The translations under genes and the position numbers were made by a program. From the IMG/VR virus record IMGVR_UViG_3300029906_000007: a DNA stretch of 64,000 nucleotides. The stretch is one strand, 5' to 3'. How positions within the stretch are numbered: position 1 is the stretch's first letter; every line of letters begins with the position of its first letter. Positions 50,694 through 60,619 of the stretch are shown here, piece by piece. The notes under the pieces were generated by a model. That model searched no databases and had not been told where the DNA came from. It saw only the letters and a list, made by a program, of their open reading frames with translations. This stretch comes from an uncultured virus (IMG/VR IMGVR_UViG_3300029906_000007). Lineage: Duplodnaviria; Heunggongvirae; Uroviricota; Caudoviricetes; Crassvirales.

Positions 50694-50696
50694 ACG

Positions 50697-51473
50697 TTAT
50701 TTAATTCTTAATGATGGTTCGACAATAATTTCTCCAAGATTAAAATCAATATTTGGATTTTCAATATAAGTTTTAGCAGTAGTTTTACTTATAGATGTAA
50801 CTAAAGTAGCATTATCTTTAGTATCAAGATAACATTTAATAACATCAATAACAGAAGGATTTGAAAGTAATTGATAAGGAATAATATTAACACTATAAGT
50901 TATTTCAACACAATATAAATCATCTACTGTATATTTAAAATCTTGATCCCCAGTACGTTCAAGATAAATTTCATTAATCCTATTAACAAGATCGGTATTA
51001 GTATAGCCATCCCCAATAAAAGTATCACGATCAAGCATACTATTATTATACAAATCACTAAGAATGCTAACGAATATTTCGCCAAGAAGATTAATTTTAT
51101 TTTCATCTAGTTGTACACTTTTAGTATTAACAGTAAAGAATTTACAATCAGGAAGAACTATAGTTTTATTTCCAGATTTACCAATATCTCCAAATCTTAA
51201 TACAGCATCAAGAGCAGAAGTTTTAAGTCTTTTGATAGTATTATCTTTTGTTTTACTAATACCACGAAGTCGTTCAATTTCAACTTTAATAGTATCTTGT
51301 TCACCTTCAAGTATTTGCATGGCTTTACGATAACTATCTAGTTTATTAACAAGATCTTGTTCAGTAATGGCAAGTTCTTTAGCTAATTCATCTGTAAGTT
51401 CTCCACCATTATTTTCAAGTTCTTCAATTATTGTTTGATAACGACTCTCTATTGCAAATAAACTTTGTTTCAT
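50697..51473 (-). CDS. Siphovirus Gp157-like protein
   Basis: N-terminal SLFAI...ENNGGELT...KLDSY...EIERL coiled-coil pattern. Confidence 0.7.
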   Translation of the reverse strand: MKQSLFAIESRYQTIIEELENNGGELTDELAKELAITEQDLVNKLDSYRKAMQILEGEQDTIKVEIERLRGISKTKDNTIKRLKTSALDAVLRFGDIGKSGNKTIVLPDCKFFTVNTKSVQLDENKINLLGEIFVSILSDLYNNSMLDRDTFIGDGYTNTDLVNRINEIYLERTGDQDFKYTVDDLYCVEITYSVNIIPYQLLSNPSVIDVIKCYLDTKDNATLVTSISKTTAKTYIENPNIDFNLGEIIVEPSLRIK

Positions 51474-51650
51474 ATTTATTTATATGTTTAATAGAATCAT
51501 TAAATTGAGTTTTACTTATACATTTTCTACCATTATAAATATTATATCTAATAAGAATAGCCGTAAGTTTTTCTCTATTCTTACGACTAATCTTATTACC
51601 GACATTAAGTCTAACTGTTCTTGCCAGAGTTATTATGTTTAACTTCCACA
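51424..51650 (-). CDS. Hypothetical basic protein
   Basis: Short ORF filling the operon. Start uncertain (MWKLN assumed). Confidence 0.4.
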
Positions 51651-51847
51651 TAGTAACCTCCTTTAGAATCTTCACGCATAGTAGAAGAACATTCTACACG
51701 AGGACATTCAGGATGACCATTAAGAATACATTTAGAGCATGCAGATTCATTATCATTTTCATTATCAGGAACATACTCTATTTTAACAGATTGACCATTA
51801 ATTATAATTCTACGTTGATCACCATAATTATCAATAATCCTTTTCAT
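51611..51847 (-). CDS. Small Cys-rich hypothetical protein
   Basis: CSKC..C..C..REDSK pattern, 78 aa. Confidence 0.55.
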   Translation of the reverse strand: MKRIIDNYGDQRRIIINGQSVKIEYVPDNENDNESACSKCILNGHPECPRVECSSTMREDSKGGYYVEVKHNNSGKNS

Positions 51848-51848
51848 A

Positions 51849-52031
51849 TTAACTAATAATTTCTTTTAGACGATTAAGTTTAGCCATAAGCCAATTAACA
51901 CGTCTAGATTTACCACTAATTTCTTTACGTTTTTTCTTAGAAAGATTAATAAACGCTTTAGGATTACGATTTACTTTAATTGCTCCTTCAAGACGAGCAA
52001 CAGGTTTGAAATAACTTGGACAATTTGACAT
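51849..52031 (-). CDS. Small basic hypothetical protein
   Basis: 60-aa ORF tightly packed in the operon. Confidence 0.5.
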   Translation of the reverse strand: MSNCPSYFKPVARLEGAIKVNRNPKAFINLSKKKRKEISGKSRRVNWLMAKLNRLKEIIS

Positions 52032-52299
52032 AATATTTTATTTTTTTATAGTTTAAAGAAATAAGTTCAGTAATAGGTTTACAATCAAGAATACGAGTAC
52101 CACTACATATCTTGAAGGCTACAGCAGTTTTAGGTTTATAAGGAAACCTACGAGCATAATCTTCAATAGAAAAATTATTCCAACGATTATCAACACTTAT
52201 AACCGAATTAACTCCAATACAAGGAGCATATTCTCCAGTTTTATATTGCTGATAAAATTCAATAAATCTTTTAAGCTTTACAGTACTATAATTTGTCAT
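51988..52299 (-). CDS. Hypothetical protein
   Basis: 103-aa ORF in the operon. Confidence 0.55.
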   Translation of the reverse strand: MTNYSTVKLKRFIEFYQQYKTGEYAPCIGVNSVISVDNRWNNFSIEDYARRFPYKPKTAVAFKICSGTRILDCKPITELISLNYKKIKYYVKLSKLFQTCCSS

Positions 52300-52311
52300 A
52301 ATAAGTTTAAT

Positions 52312-52761
52312 TTATCTTATAACTTCGATTTTACTAGAATTAAGTTTAGCATAAGGTTCACTTTCGAAATCAGATTCGTCAGCAACACTATAAAAACTAT
52401 CATCTAGTTTTTTAATAATACCTCCGCTATAAGCTTCATAAACTTCTCTACCAAAACTATCAATACCAATAAACTTAACTTTCAACATCTTTTTAAGTTT
52501 AGTTTTATCTTCAAAATGACAAAGCTCATCACAAATACAAGGTGCAAAATTAGCACATTTATGTTGTTTAGAACAAAATGTAGGTTCTTCAAGTTCAAGT
52601 TTATGATCAACCCACATATAACTACATTCAGATTCTTTAAGATTATAATGATCAAGAATATCACTAATATTACTTTCATCAACATCACCTTCAATTTCTA
52701 TTTGAATAATTCTACCAACAGAATATTCAAGAACATAAAGATAATTTATATTTTTCTCCAT
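52312..52761 (-). CDS. Hypothetical protein
   Basis: 149-aa ORF in the operon. Confidence 0.6.
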   Translation of the reverse strand: MEKNINYLYVLEYSVGRIIQIEIEGDVDESNISDILDHYNLKESECSYMWVDHKLELEEPTFCSKQHKCANFAPCICDELCHFEDKTKLKKMLKVKFIGIDSFGREVYEAYSGGIIKKLDDSFYSVADESDFESEPYAKLNSSKIEVIR

Positions 52762-53468
52762 ACTTCTATTAATTTATAGAACAAGTTCAATAAAGTACCA
52801 TTATTATCAACTTCAATATAATCAATTCCTTTCAAATCAATATTTTCACTAGGATGATCATCATCTTCATGTTCTCTATTAATTTTAATAATAACACCAT
52901 TTAATCTACAAGTAATAGCTTGAGCTTCATTATTAAATCTAACATCAGGAATAATACAATGACCATAATCTTTAATAAGAGTATTAGCAATACCCATAGT
53001 AACATTAACCCATACATCAGGACCAAGATTAGCCCGCATAACATCAGTACCAAAATATTGCATTAAAGTACGAAGTTTAATACAAACTTTACCATTATTA
53101 TGATTATAATAAATATATAATGGTTCATTAGCAAGATGTATAGGAAGAATAGTAAAATACTTTTCTTTACTTACAGTAGCATCATCAATGAAAGTTTTAG
53201 TATCAAAACAATACCAAAGAATATCTTTATATTGATTATTAAAAAATCTATCAACATCAATATTAAAAATATTAGAAAGGATATATTTAGGATAATCCGC
53301 AAAATGAACTACACATTTAGAATCGCACATAACTCCAGTCCGCCCGTAAAGAGTGTACCAATCTTCATATCGAGCTTTAGTGCCTTTCTGAATAATATAA
53401 TTCAACATACAAGCAGCAGTATCTTTACCATTATGCTTGTTTCCAGCAATACCAATAAGTTTAGCCAT
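52746..53468 (-). CDS. Deoxynucleoside monophosphate kinase
   Basis: P-loop GIAGNKHNGKDT, plus HFAD, RTLMQYFGTD and IPDVRFNNEA motifs. Confidence 0.88.
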   Translation of the reverse strand: MAKLIGIAGNKHNGKDTAACMLNYIIQKGTKARYEDWYTLYGRTGVMCDSKCVVHFADYPKYILSNIFNIDVDRFFNNQYKDILWYCFDTKTFIDDATVSKEKYFTILPIHLANEPLYIYYNHNNGKVCIKLRTLMQYFGTDVMRANLGPDVWVNVTMGIANTLIKDYGHCIIPDVRFNNEAQAITCRLNGVIIKINREHEDDDHPSENIDLKGIDYIEVDNNGTLLNLFYKLIEVWRKI

Positions 53469-53497
53469 AATAATACTTTTTAATTTGTTTGTTTCAG

Positions 53498-53528
53498 CAA
53501 ATATAATATTAATTTTTAAATAAACAAT
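53498..53528 (-). promoter_or_regulatory. Bacteroidota sigma-A type promoter
   Basis: Minus strand ATTG-N19-TATATTTG, about 30 nt upstream of the dNMP kinase start. Confidence 0.65.
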
Positions 53529-53554
53529 GATTTGATATTATATAATATAGAATA

Positions 53555-53665
53555 ATTTGAGCCTGTTTAAGCCTTTCTGAGCCACTTAAATTTCTGCCTT
53601 ATGGATTACTCATTCCAATACAGAAAATTGAATGTAGGGCAAAAGACAAGCCAAATTTAGCCCAT
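53555..53665 (+). repeat. ~110-bp phased element, copy B
   Basis: gagcc-N6-agcc-N5-gagccactt-N52-caaaagacaagccaaatt. Confidence 0.7.
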
Positions 53666-53691
53666 ACCGCCAGCCGAAACAAACCCCAAGA

Positions 53692-53756
53692 CACAAAGAA
53701 ACCCGACTTGATATTATATAGTATAAAGTAATACTATAAATAACATCAAATCGGGT
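53692..53756 (-). terminator. Long stem-loop terminator
   Basis: Arms acccgacttgatattatatagtat / atactataaataacatcaaatcgggt. The minus strand continues ttctttgtg. Follows the stop at 53763. Confidence 0.6.
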
Positions 53757-53762
53757 AATACT

Positions 53763-54110
53763 TTAAGGAACAGAATAAACATCATAATTATCCGTATGCT
53801 CAACAAGAACAAAATCAAAAGGATCTTTAGAAAAGAATCTTTTAAAATAATCTTTATGAGTAATAGGACGATATTTATATCTACCAAAATTATCAAATTC
53901 TATGCGACTAGACTGTTTATCAATACGAGATTTAGAAAGAATAAGAAATCTATCATAGTCACATTTAGAAGCATTGTATTTAACAGCTTCGATAACATAA
54001 TTATAATTATCAATAAATTGACGACTATAAATTATATTACGATTAGTATCATACCAGCTTCTTTCTTTGTCTTTCTTAATTACAGGAATATCATAATTTG
54101 GAATAGGCAT
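53763..54110 (-). CDS. Hypothetical protein
   Basis: 115-aa ORF directly downstream of the ligase gene. Confidence 0.6.
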   Translation of the reverse strand: MPIPNYDIPVIKKDKERSWYDTNRNIIYSRQFIDNYNYVIEAVKYNASKCDYDRFLILSKSRIDKQSSRIEFDNFGRYKYRPITHKDYFKRFFSKDPFDFVLVEHTDNYDVYSVP

Positions 54111-54113
54111 TTG

Positions 54114-55328
54114 TTATATAAAATAAACTTCTTTTATATGATAAGGAACTCTATTTACCCCCGACCTCTCTCCATAAGAAATAAAAACATATCTTCCAAT
54201 ATATTCTTCTTTATTATAAAGAACTTCTTTCTGAGAATATTGAGGAATACTTAATCGAGTTTCAAAAGTTTCATTATTAATATCATTACGACAACGAATA
54301 ATAGGTAAATCACGAGTCTTTTCTGGATAAATATCAATAACTTCAAATTTACCATCAGTATGATCTTTATATTTTAGCATTACCTTAACAGAACGATTTC
54401 CATAATTATATTCAGCATTAGGATTACGCATTATAAGACCTTCAAAACCTTTATCAATAAATTCATTACGATATTTGAGAGCAGTTTCATCATTAGTAAT
54501 ATCATAATAAGGAAGAATAAGAAATTTCTCTTTATTATTAAGATGTTCATTACGATTATTAAATCTAATAATATGACTTTTAAATTTATCAAATAGAAAG
54601 TCAATACGCTTAGATTGAATCATACTATCAATAGCAATATCATAACACCAGAATTGTAAAAGTTTATGTTCAGGACAAGTAGGATCTTTAACAAAGTGAT
54701 TAATCATATTTACTTTATAACCGGGAAGATAAATTTCACCATCAAGAGCGATATTATAATTAATAAGATAATTAATAACATCGGTATCTATAACTTCAAT
54801 AAGATAATCTTTTAAATCAGTTAATCCGTTCCATACTTCTCCTTCACGACTTTGTATACGAATAGTATAAGGATGAAACATATCTCCATCATTATTAAAC
54901 GTAATACAACAACGAAGTCCATTAATCTTCCATTGACCAATAAATACATCAGAATACTTGAAACAATTTATAGTATAAAGTTTAGCAAACATTGGAAGAA
55001 TATTGTTATTATTAGTATTAGTTTTATTAGTAGGAAGATATGTATCAAGATAGCGAATGAACTCTTCATTGCTCCATTCCTCTACGGGGAAACTACACGT
55101 ATCATCACGAACTTCATCATATTCAAGATAACCTTCTTTACGTTTCTGATTAATACGACTTTTAACTTCAGTCTTAACATTAGACTTACTTATCAAAATT
55201 GTATCAGAAGTATATTTCTTTCCTAATATACCATATTTAATAGTAATATAATTAGGACTATCAACAGTAAGTTCCCAACCGTAAGGTTCACCTTTATTAT
55301 TTCTTTTATATAACTTAATCGTTTCCAT
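54114..55328 (-). CDS. ATP-dependent DNA ligase
   Basis: Motif I QWKINGLRC, III LDGEIY, IIIa FWCYD, IV EGLIMR and V LKYK. N-terminal WGR-like region. Start METIK assumed. Confidence 0.9.
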   Translation of the reverse strand: METIKLYKRNNKGEPYGWELTVDSPNYITIKYGILGKKYTSDTILISKSNVKTEVKSRINQKRKEGYLEYDEVRDDTCSFPVEEWSNEEFIRYLDTYLPTNKTNTNNNNILPMFAKLYTINCFKYSDVFIGQWKINGLRCCITFNNDGDMFHPYTIRIQSREGEVWNGLTDLKDYLIEVIDTDVINYLINYNIALDGEIYLPGYKVNMINHFVKDPTCPEHKLLQFWCYDIAIDSMIQSKRIDFLFDKFKSHIIRFNNRNEHLNNKEKFLILPYYDITNDETALKYRNEFIDKGFEGLIMRNPNAEYNYGNRSVKVMLKYKDHTDGKFEVIDIYPEKTRDLPIIRCRNDINNETFETRLSIPQYSQKEVLYNKEEYIGRYVFISYGERSGVNRVPYHIKEVYFI

Positions 55329-55848
55329 CAGCTTTTTTACTAAAATCAAACTTCATATTAGCAAATTTAGCTTTAAGTTCTTTAGCTTTCCTATCACTAA
55401 TAGTTTCTTTCTTTGGCTTTTGAATAGGAATTTCAATATCTTTACCAGTAATAAGATCTTTAGTTTTAATAGACTTAGCAATTCTTTTACCATTAGAAGC
55501 CTTTTCATAACCACTACCAATAGGTTTAGGTTTGCCATTTTTATTTCCGCCATATTTAATAACTCCATGAATTTTTTCAAACTCAAGATTAAGTCTATGA
55601 CGTTCTTCTAATTTATGTCTATATAAAGCCGCTTCTTCGTTATTAATTCTATTATTATCTATAGCATCATTAAGAACATAGCTAAATGCTTCTTGAAGAA
55701 ATTCATAACGAGAATTAATTGTCTGCATAGGTCTTCCAATAGGAAGAACAACAGTACAATCCATTTCTTTAAGAATAAAATCAAGAGTTTGTTGATATGA
55801 TTTGCCAATCATCCAACTTTCTATAAGACGAATTTCAGATATAGTCAT
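55315..55848 (-). CDS. Hypothetical protein with basic C-terminus
   Basis: 177-aa ORF in the operon. Confidence 0.6.
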   Translation of the reverse strand: MTISEIRLIESWMIGKSYQQTLDFILKEMDCTVVLPIGRPMQTINSRYEFLQEAFSYVLNDAIDNNRINNEEAALYRHKLEERHRLNLEFEKIHGVIKYGGNKNGKPKPIGSGYEKASNGKRIAKSIKTKDLITGKDIEIPIQKPKKETISDRKAKELKAKFANMKFDFSKKADGND

Positions 55849-56277
55849 TTAGTGAACTTTAATTTTATATACAATTATTCTTTTAGGTTTACCTAACATA
55901 ACATAATTATATTTCCACCAAAGAACAGGATCAAATGTATGATAATACTTAGGAATATTTTCATACTCAACTTCGCCGGTTTCATAATTAAAATTAGAAT
56001 GAATATTACTACCGTCAGGATTAACAAGATTAAATTTTTTGATATAATTGATATCTTCTTGATTATCGGGATTAACTTCGCCGTAACAATATATAAGTTC
56101 ACGACTAATGCTTTTATCTCCTTCAATAGTATCTATATGAGTATGTTCATAATGATCAAGATCTTTTTCTTGTCTTTCGGTAATTTCTTGCATATAAACA
56201 TTCCAACTTCCAGCAACAGTTTTAACTCTATTAATAAGGCATCTCTGTTTGATACCCAATAGTTTCAATTTCTTCAT
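55849..56277 (-). CDS. Hypothetical protein
   Basis: 142-aa ORF in the operon. Confidence 0.6.
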   Translation of the reverse strand: MKKLKLLGIKQRCLINRVKTVAGSWNVYMQEITERQEKDLDHYEHTHIDTIEGDKSISRELIYCYGEVNPDNQEDINYIKKFNLVNPDGSNIHSNFNYETGEVEYENIPKYYHTFDPVLWWKYNYVMLGKPKRIIVYKIKVH

Positions 56278-57409
56278 CTCTGTTATTAAATAGTTTAATT
56301 GTTTCGTTAATATAATGAACTATAGTATTAGGACTGTATAAACTTCTTAATTCAGCAAAATCTTTAGCTCCATATTCATGAGGTATAATACAAGGAGGAA
56401 TATTCCATTTATCACGATATTTAATGGCACACATATAACCAGTACGATCATTATCAAATAGACTTATAATTTTACCATTTCTTGCACATTTAGAACGAAT
56501 AAAATTATATTCTGTTTGAGTAAGTTCATGAGTTTCATGAGGAATATTAATAACTCCGACTCGGTAACATTCGTGATTGTCACCCCGTAGGGGATAGTCA
56601 TAACAGAACTGTTCGAGAGCTAATCTATCTTTAGTAGATTTAGTTATAATAATAAAATTATAATCAAATCCATCAAGATTAAGAACACCTTCTATATGAT
56701 TAGAATTAGTTATAAATCTAACTTCATTATGACTTCTCTTAGGGAAATAAAGTTTCCAATTATATATACCTTTATTATCTTGACCTAATAAATAAGCATA
56801 ACATGGGTCATGAGGATTATAATAATATTTAGGTTCAGGATTAATCTTTCTATTAATATAATATTGGTCAACAGCATAAACATAATGTGTATTAAGAAAA
56901 TTAAGATTAATTCCAAATTGTTTCCAATAGTTTTTATCATCATTATTCCAACCTCTTGGAACTATTTCTATAATATTCTTTCTACTTTTAATATTAACAA
57001 GTCCTTTTTTAATATCAGCATTAATTCTTTCATCTTTTTCTTTGCCATAAATATAATTACGAAATGTATAAGCACAATGTTTAAGACAAAATATAAAATC
57101 ATGTTTATTTGTAACATCAATATCTCTTTCAACTACAGCAGATAGAACATATGCTATAATATCCCATACATCTCCCCAAAAATAACCAGCAAAATCTTTA
57201 GCTTTAAGTTGACCACGATTATTAAAAGCAAAACCAAAACTAGGATGATTATCTTCACGAAGAGGACTACTTATTGTTTTACCAGTTTCAATACACCAAT
57301 CAATTGTTTCAATAGGTATATCAAGATATGTTGCTGCAATAAGTTGTTGAGATACTTTAGAAAGTATCATATCTTTAGTTAGTTTACTATTAGCTACACC
57401 TCTGCCCAT
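56231..57409 (-). CDS. dnaG: DnaG-type DNA primase
   Basis: SPLREDNHPSF..KDF N-terminal domain; TOPRIM-like IITKSTKD, FDNDRTG and AKDFAE. Start 57409 preferred because the longer start lies within a hairpin. Confidence 0.8.
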   Translation of the reverse strand: MGRGVANSKLTKDMILSKVSQQLIAATYLDIPIETIDWCIETGKTISSPLREDNHPSFGFAFNNRGQLKAKDFAGYFWGDVWDIIAYVLSAVVERDIDVTNKHDFIFCLKHCAYTFRNYIYGKEKDERINADIKKGLVNIKSRKNIIEIVPRGWNNDDKNYWKQFGINLNFLNTHYVYAVDQYYINRKINPEPKYYYNPHDPCYAYLLGQDNKGIYNWKLYFPKRSHNEVRFITNSNHIEGVLNLDGFDYNFIIITKSTKDRLALEQFCYDYPLRGDNHECYRVGVINIPHETHELTQTEYNFIRSKCARNGKIISLFDNDRTGYMCAIKYRDKWNIPPCIIPHEYGAKDFAELRSLYSPNTIVHYINETIKLFNNRDEEIETIGYQTEMPY

Positions 57410-57434
57410 AATATCATTATTAACATTAATAATA

Positions 57435-57466
57435 AAGCCGTTGTCCGAATATACGAACAACGGCTT
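57435..57466 (-). terminator. Stem-loop downstream of the SSB-like gene
   Basis: Arms aagccgttgt / acaacggctt. Confidence 0.55.
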
Positions 57467-57515
57467 AATTATGCAAATTATTTTCTAACAATTTGCGTCA
57501 CGAGTTGCAGCAGTA

Positions 57516-58547
57516 TCAGAAAGGAAAGTCGTCCGCAGGTTGAGCTTCAAATTGACTATAATCAACACCACTACTAGCAGTAGATTCAGATCCACCAGCA
57601 GAAGGCATCATACCACCCATTGTAGGAACACCAGCCATAGGAGGAACACCACCTATCATTGGTACATTAGGCTGCATAGGAGCCTTAGCAATTTCTTTAG
57701 GAGTAATACTTTCACGAATAGTATTAACTTTCAGAAGAGGTGCTTTATCTTTTTGAACAACTTCAATAACACCTTCACCTAAGAAATTAGGAAATCCTAA
57801 ATCACCCATATTAGACTTACCACGAACAACAGGTTGCCATTGATTATTAACCTTAGTAAAACGAAGAAGTTTAGTCCAAAGACGAATACGTTTACCACTT
57901 GGATCAACATAACAAGGTTTAGGAGTAGCACCTTCTTTAAGATTCCAAGTACCATTAAGCATAGCAGCGGCATTTTGAAATACAAAATCCCAACCTTTAA
58001 TAACTTCTTCAGCATCTACAGGTTTATAAACATAATGACCATTCTCTTCTTCATAATCTTCAAACGGAAGTTCAAGAGCATCCATTTCTTCTTCAGTAAA
58101 TTGTCTACCTTTAAGATAAAGAACTTCAAGAAGATGTTTAATATAACTAAATACATTTTCAACTCTCCAAGCATTTTTAGCACCCGGAATAACTTCAGCA
58201 TTACTTTCAGGAGTCATAAGACGAAGAGAAACCCAACGATATTCATTAGGAGTTGAATGAAGAGAATGAAAACGAACAACAAATACAGGAATAGTTAATC
58301 CTGTAAAACTAGGAAGACCTTTAACATCTTCACCGATTTGAGCATATTTAACTTCTACTGTATCAATAACAGTTTGAAATAAAAAGTTAGTAGGATTAGC
58401 AAGCTTTTCATCAAACTTTAATTGAGCTACAGTTCTAGTTTCATTGGTAATACCACGACCATGACGTTTTTTTGTACTACCATTAACTTGATTTTGAGCA
58501 GCGTTTGCTCCATTTACAATGCCTTCTGTTGCAACTTGTTCAGACAT
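57516..58547 (-). CDS. Putative single-stranded DNA-binding protein
   Basis: Pro/Gly/Met-rich linker ending in the acidic-aromatic tail ADDFPF. Adjacent to the primase. Confidence 0.65.
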   Translation of the reverse strand: MSEQVATEGIVNGANAAQNQVNGSTKKRHGRGITNETRTVAQLKFDEKLANPTNFLFQTVIDTVEVKYAQIGEDVKGLPSFTGLTIPVFVVRFHSLHSTPNEYRWVSLRLMTPESNAEVIPGAKNAWRVENVFSYIKHLLEVLYLKGRQFTEEEMDALELPFEDYEEENGHYVYKPVDAEEVIKGWDFVFQNAAAMLNGTWNLKEGATPKPCYVDPSGKRIRLWTKLLRFTKVNNQWQPVVRGKSNMGDLGFPNFLGEGVIEVVQKDKAPLLKVNTIRESITPKEIAKAPMQPNVPMIGGVPPMAGVPTMGGMMPSAGGSESTASSGVDYSQFEAQPADDFPF

Positions 58548-58590
58548 AATAAAAATAATTTAGTTAATTAATAAATGTATATATACAAAT

Positions 58591-58625
58591 AAGCCGCTGA
58601 AGAATAATAAATTCAACAGCGGCTT
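58591..58625 (-). terminator. Stem-loop downstream of the 286-aa gene
   Basis: Arms aagccgctg / cagcggctt. The minus strand continues atttgt. Confidence 0.55.
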
Positions 58626-58647
58626 TAAAATGAATTATGACAGAATA

Positions 58648-59508
58648 TTATTCAGCGGATTCACCACTAACACCGGCTTCAGTATCGTCAGCTTTTGATT
58701 TTCTTACACGAGAAACTTTTTCATCAACAAACGGAGTACAACCTTCACCAATAAATTGAATCAAAGTAACACCGACATTTTCAAAACCATTGTTGATTTC
58801 AGCACGGAAAGCTTTTTCAACATCCAAAGTAAAGGTACGATTAGTACTCTTAGCAACTTCTTCTTCAAGATCTTCTTTGATCTGATTCCAAATAGCAGAG
58901 TCAGTAAAGTTCAAGTTAGTACCAACACCAGTCAATTTAGCAGGATTAGCAGCCTTAGAACCAGAATACATAGGAACTTCATTATTCTCTACATAATCAC
59001 AAAGAATATCTTTGATTTCAGCATCAGTAATACCTTCACGAGTAAGCTGTGCTACAAGTTCAGCATTTCCAGAGTTCTTAGCTCCTTCATACATAGCTTC
59101 AAAGTTAGCTTCAACGAATTTCAGACGATCTTCTTTAGAAAGACGTTCCTTAACCATTTTAGGATTACCTTTCTTATCGAAAAGCTGAATACCTTTACCA
59201 ATCCACCAAGCATCGAAAGCAGCATGAATAGCAGCATTAGCTTCAGAAGAACCCCAAGTTAAACCGTTTTCAGTAGCAAAAGCAACCAGTTCTTCATTTT
59301 CATTACGGATAGCTTCATCAATATCAGGAATATTGTTGATGAACATAACATTATCGCCATGTTGAATACCCAATGCCTTAGAAACAGGAGCAGTAATACG
59401 AATACTACCCGGAGTACTAACAAATACCAACTGAGGTTCAACAACTGTTTGACGCTGACCAGCATTTACAATACTAAAACCGAAAGACATTTTACCAAAA
59501 GTTTTCAT
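58648..59508 (-). CDS. Hypothetical replication-module protein, possible AbrB-like N-terminus
   Basis: 286 aa. GSIRITAPVSKALGIQHGDNVMF resembles a swapped-hairpin motif. Codon usage suggests high expression. Confidence 0.55.
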   Translation of the reverse strand: MKTFGKMSFGFSIVNAGQRQTVVEPQLVFVSTPGSIRITAPVSKALGIQHGDNVMFINNIPDIDEAIRNENEELVAFATENGLTWGSSEANAAIHAAFDAWWIGKGIQLFDKKGNPKMVKERLSKEDRLKFVEANFEAMYEGAKNSGNAELVAQLTREGITDAEIKDILCDYVENNEVPMYSGSKAANPAKLTGVGTNLNFTDSAIWNQIKEDLEEEVAKSTNRTFTLDVEKAFRAEINNGFENVGVTLIQFIGEGCTPFVDEKVSRVRKSKADDTEAGVSGESAE

Positions 59509-59565
59509 ACTAATAAAATTTTAAATTGTTTAAACAATATGTGAAATATCACGTTAATTAAGTTT

Positions 59566-60555
59566 TTAATCTATAAGTTGAGCATCTTCTATTTCAATAG
59601 CATCGTTGTCAGATAGCTCACGTCCTGTAACTACTTTAAGTTCAGTAGTTTCCATTAGACCTTGAACAACGTCTGCGGCAATATCACGAGCAGCATAAGT
59701 AAAAGCTCTATGACCAATCATTACTTTAGGATACTTTTTATAAGTATCTTTAGTAAAACAATCAGCAGCTACAGCTTCACTATAACTGAAACTTTGAACA
59801 GTTTCCATATGTTTACCTTTATACTCACGTTCCATGTGATATTCAGTAATATAATCAACAGGAATTGCAGGTATTCTATAAACAGGAATTTTATTCTGTT
59901 TAATAAGAACTTGTGCGTGTTGATTATTAAGAGCGATTGCAAAATTACTATTAATCTGATATTCTTTATATACATTACCGTTATAATCTTTATAATATTT
60001 AACGGGATATACATAAACAACTTCGCTAAAACTATCGGGATTATCTTTATTATATTGTTCAGTCTTAGCAGCAGCTTCTTTAGCATTTTTGCATTTAACA
60101 CAATAATCAGGTAGTTGATTTTCAATATAAGCATTACTACCATCAGTATATTCATACTGAGGTGTATAATTCTTAGTACACTTCCAAACTACACCTGCCT
60201 TTAGAAGTAATGCTTTGATAATATGTATATCTACACCTGTTTTACCATTAATAACATGAATATGTTCAATACAACTACTGAAAGGTAGACCAAGATCTTG
60301 AGCTTTCATTATAATTGCAAGACCATCTTCAATACTCTTAATACCACTCTTTTCAGTACGAAGCATTCTTTTAAGAAAAACTTCAGCTTTAGCAACTTCA
60401 GTTTCATCAAGAAGATTTATACGTCCAAGAGAAGAAAGATTACTAACAGTTTGGTGTCGAATAGTAGCAACTTGATTATCTTTACTAGTAGTAGGAAGTT
60501 TATCACCACTAGCATTATCATCAACTACAACATCAGTTTTATTATCTTCTGCCAT
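59566..60555 (-). CDS. RecT/Red-beta-like single-strand annealing protein
   Basis: LGLPF..IHVINGK and YKKYPKVMIGHRAFTYAARD..DVVQG motifs. Confidence 0.7.
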   Translation of the reverse strand: MAEDNKTDVVVDDNASGDKLPTTSKDNQVATIRHQTVSNLSSLGRINLLDETEVAKAEVFLKRMLRTEKSGIKSIEDGLAIIMKAQDLGLPFSSCIEHIHVINGKTGVDIHIIKALLLKAGVVWKCTKNYTPQYEYTDGSNAYIENQLPDYCVKCKNAKEAAAKTEQYNKDNPDSFSEVVYVYPVKYYKDYNGNVYKEYQINSNFAIALNNQHAQVLIKQNKIPVYRIPAIPVDYITEYHMEREYKGKHMETVQSFSYSEAVAADCFTKDTYKKYPKVMIGHRAFTYAARDIAADVVQGLMETTELKVVTGRELSDNDAIEIEDAQLID

Positions 60556-60588
60556 AATATCAAAGACCTCTTTGTTTGTTCAACACTA

Positions 60589-60619
60589 CAAATATAGTTA
60601 TTCTTTTCTTATCTACAAA
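60589..60619 (-). promoter_or_regulatory. Bacteroidota sigma-A type promoter
   Basis: Minus strand TTTG-N19-TATATTTG (full consensus), upstream of the RecT-like start at 60555. Confidence 0.75.

Noticed and set aside
53469..53762. Large intergenic gap as a replication origin or tRNA locus
   Set aside because: No iterons or cloverleaf seen. The space is accounted for by a terminator, the phased element and a promoter, although an origin cannot be excluded.
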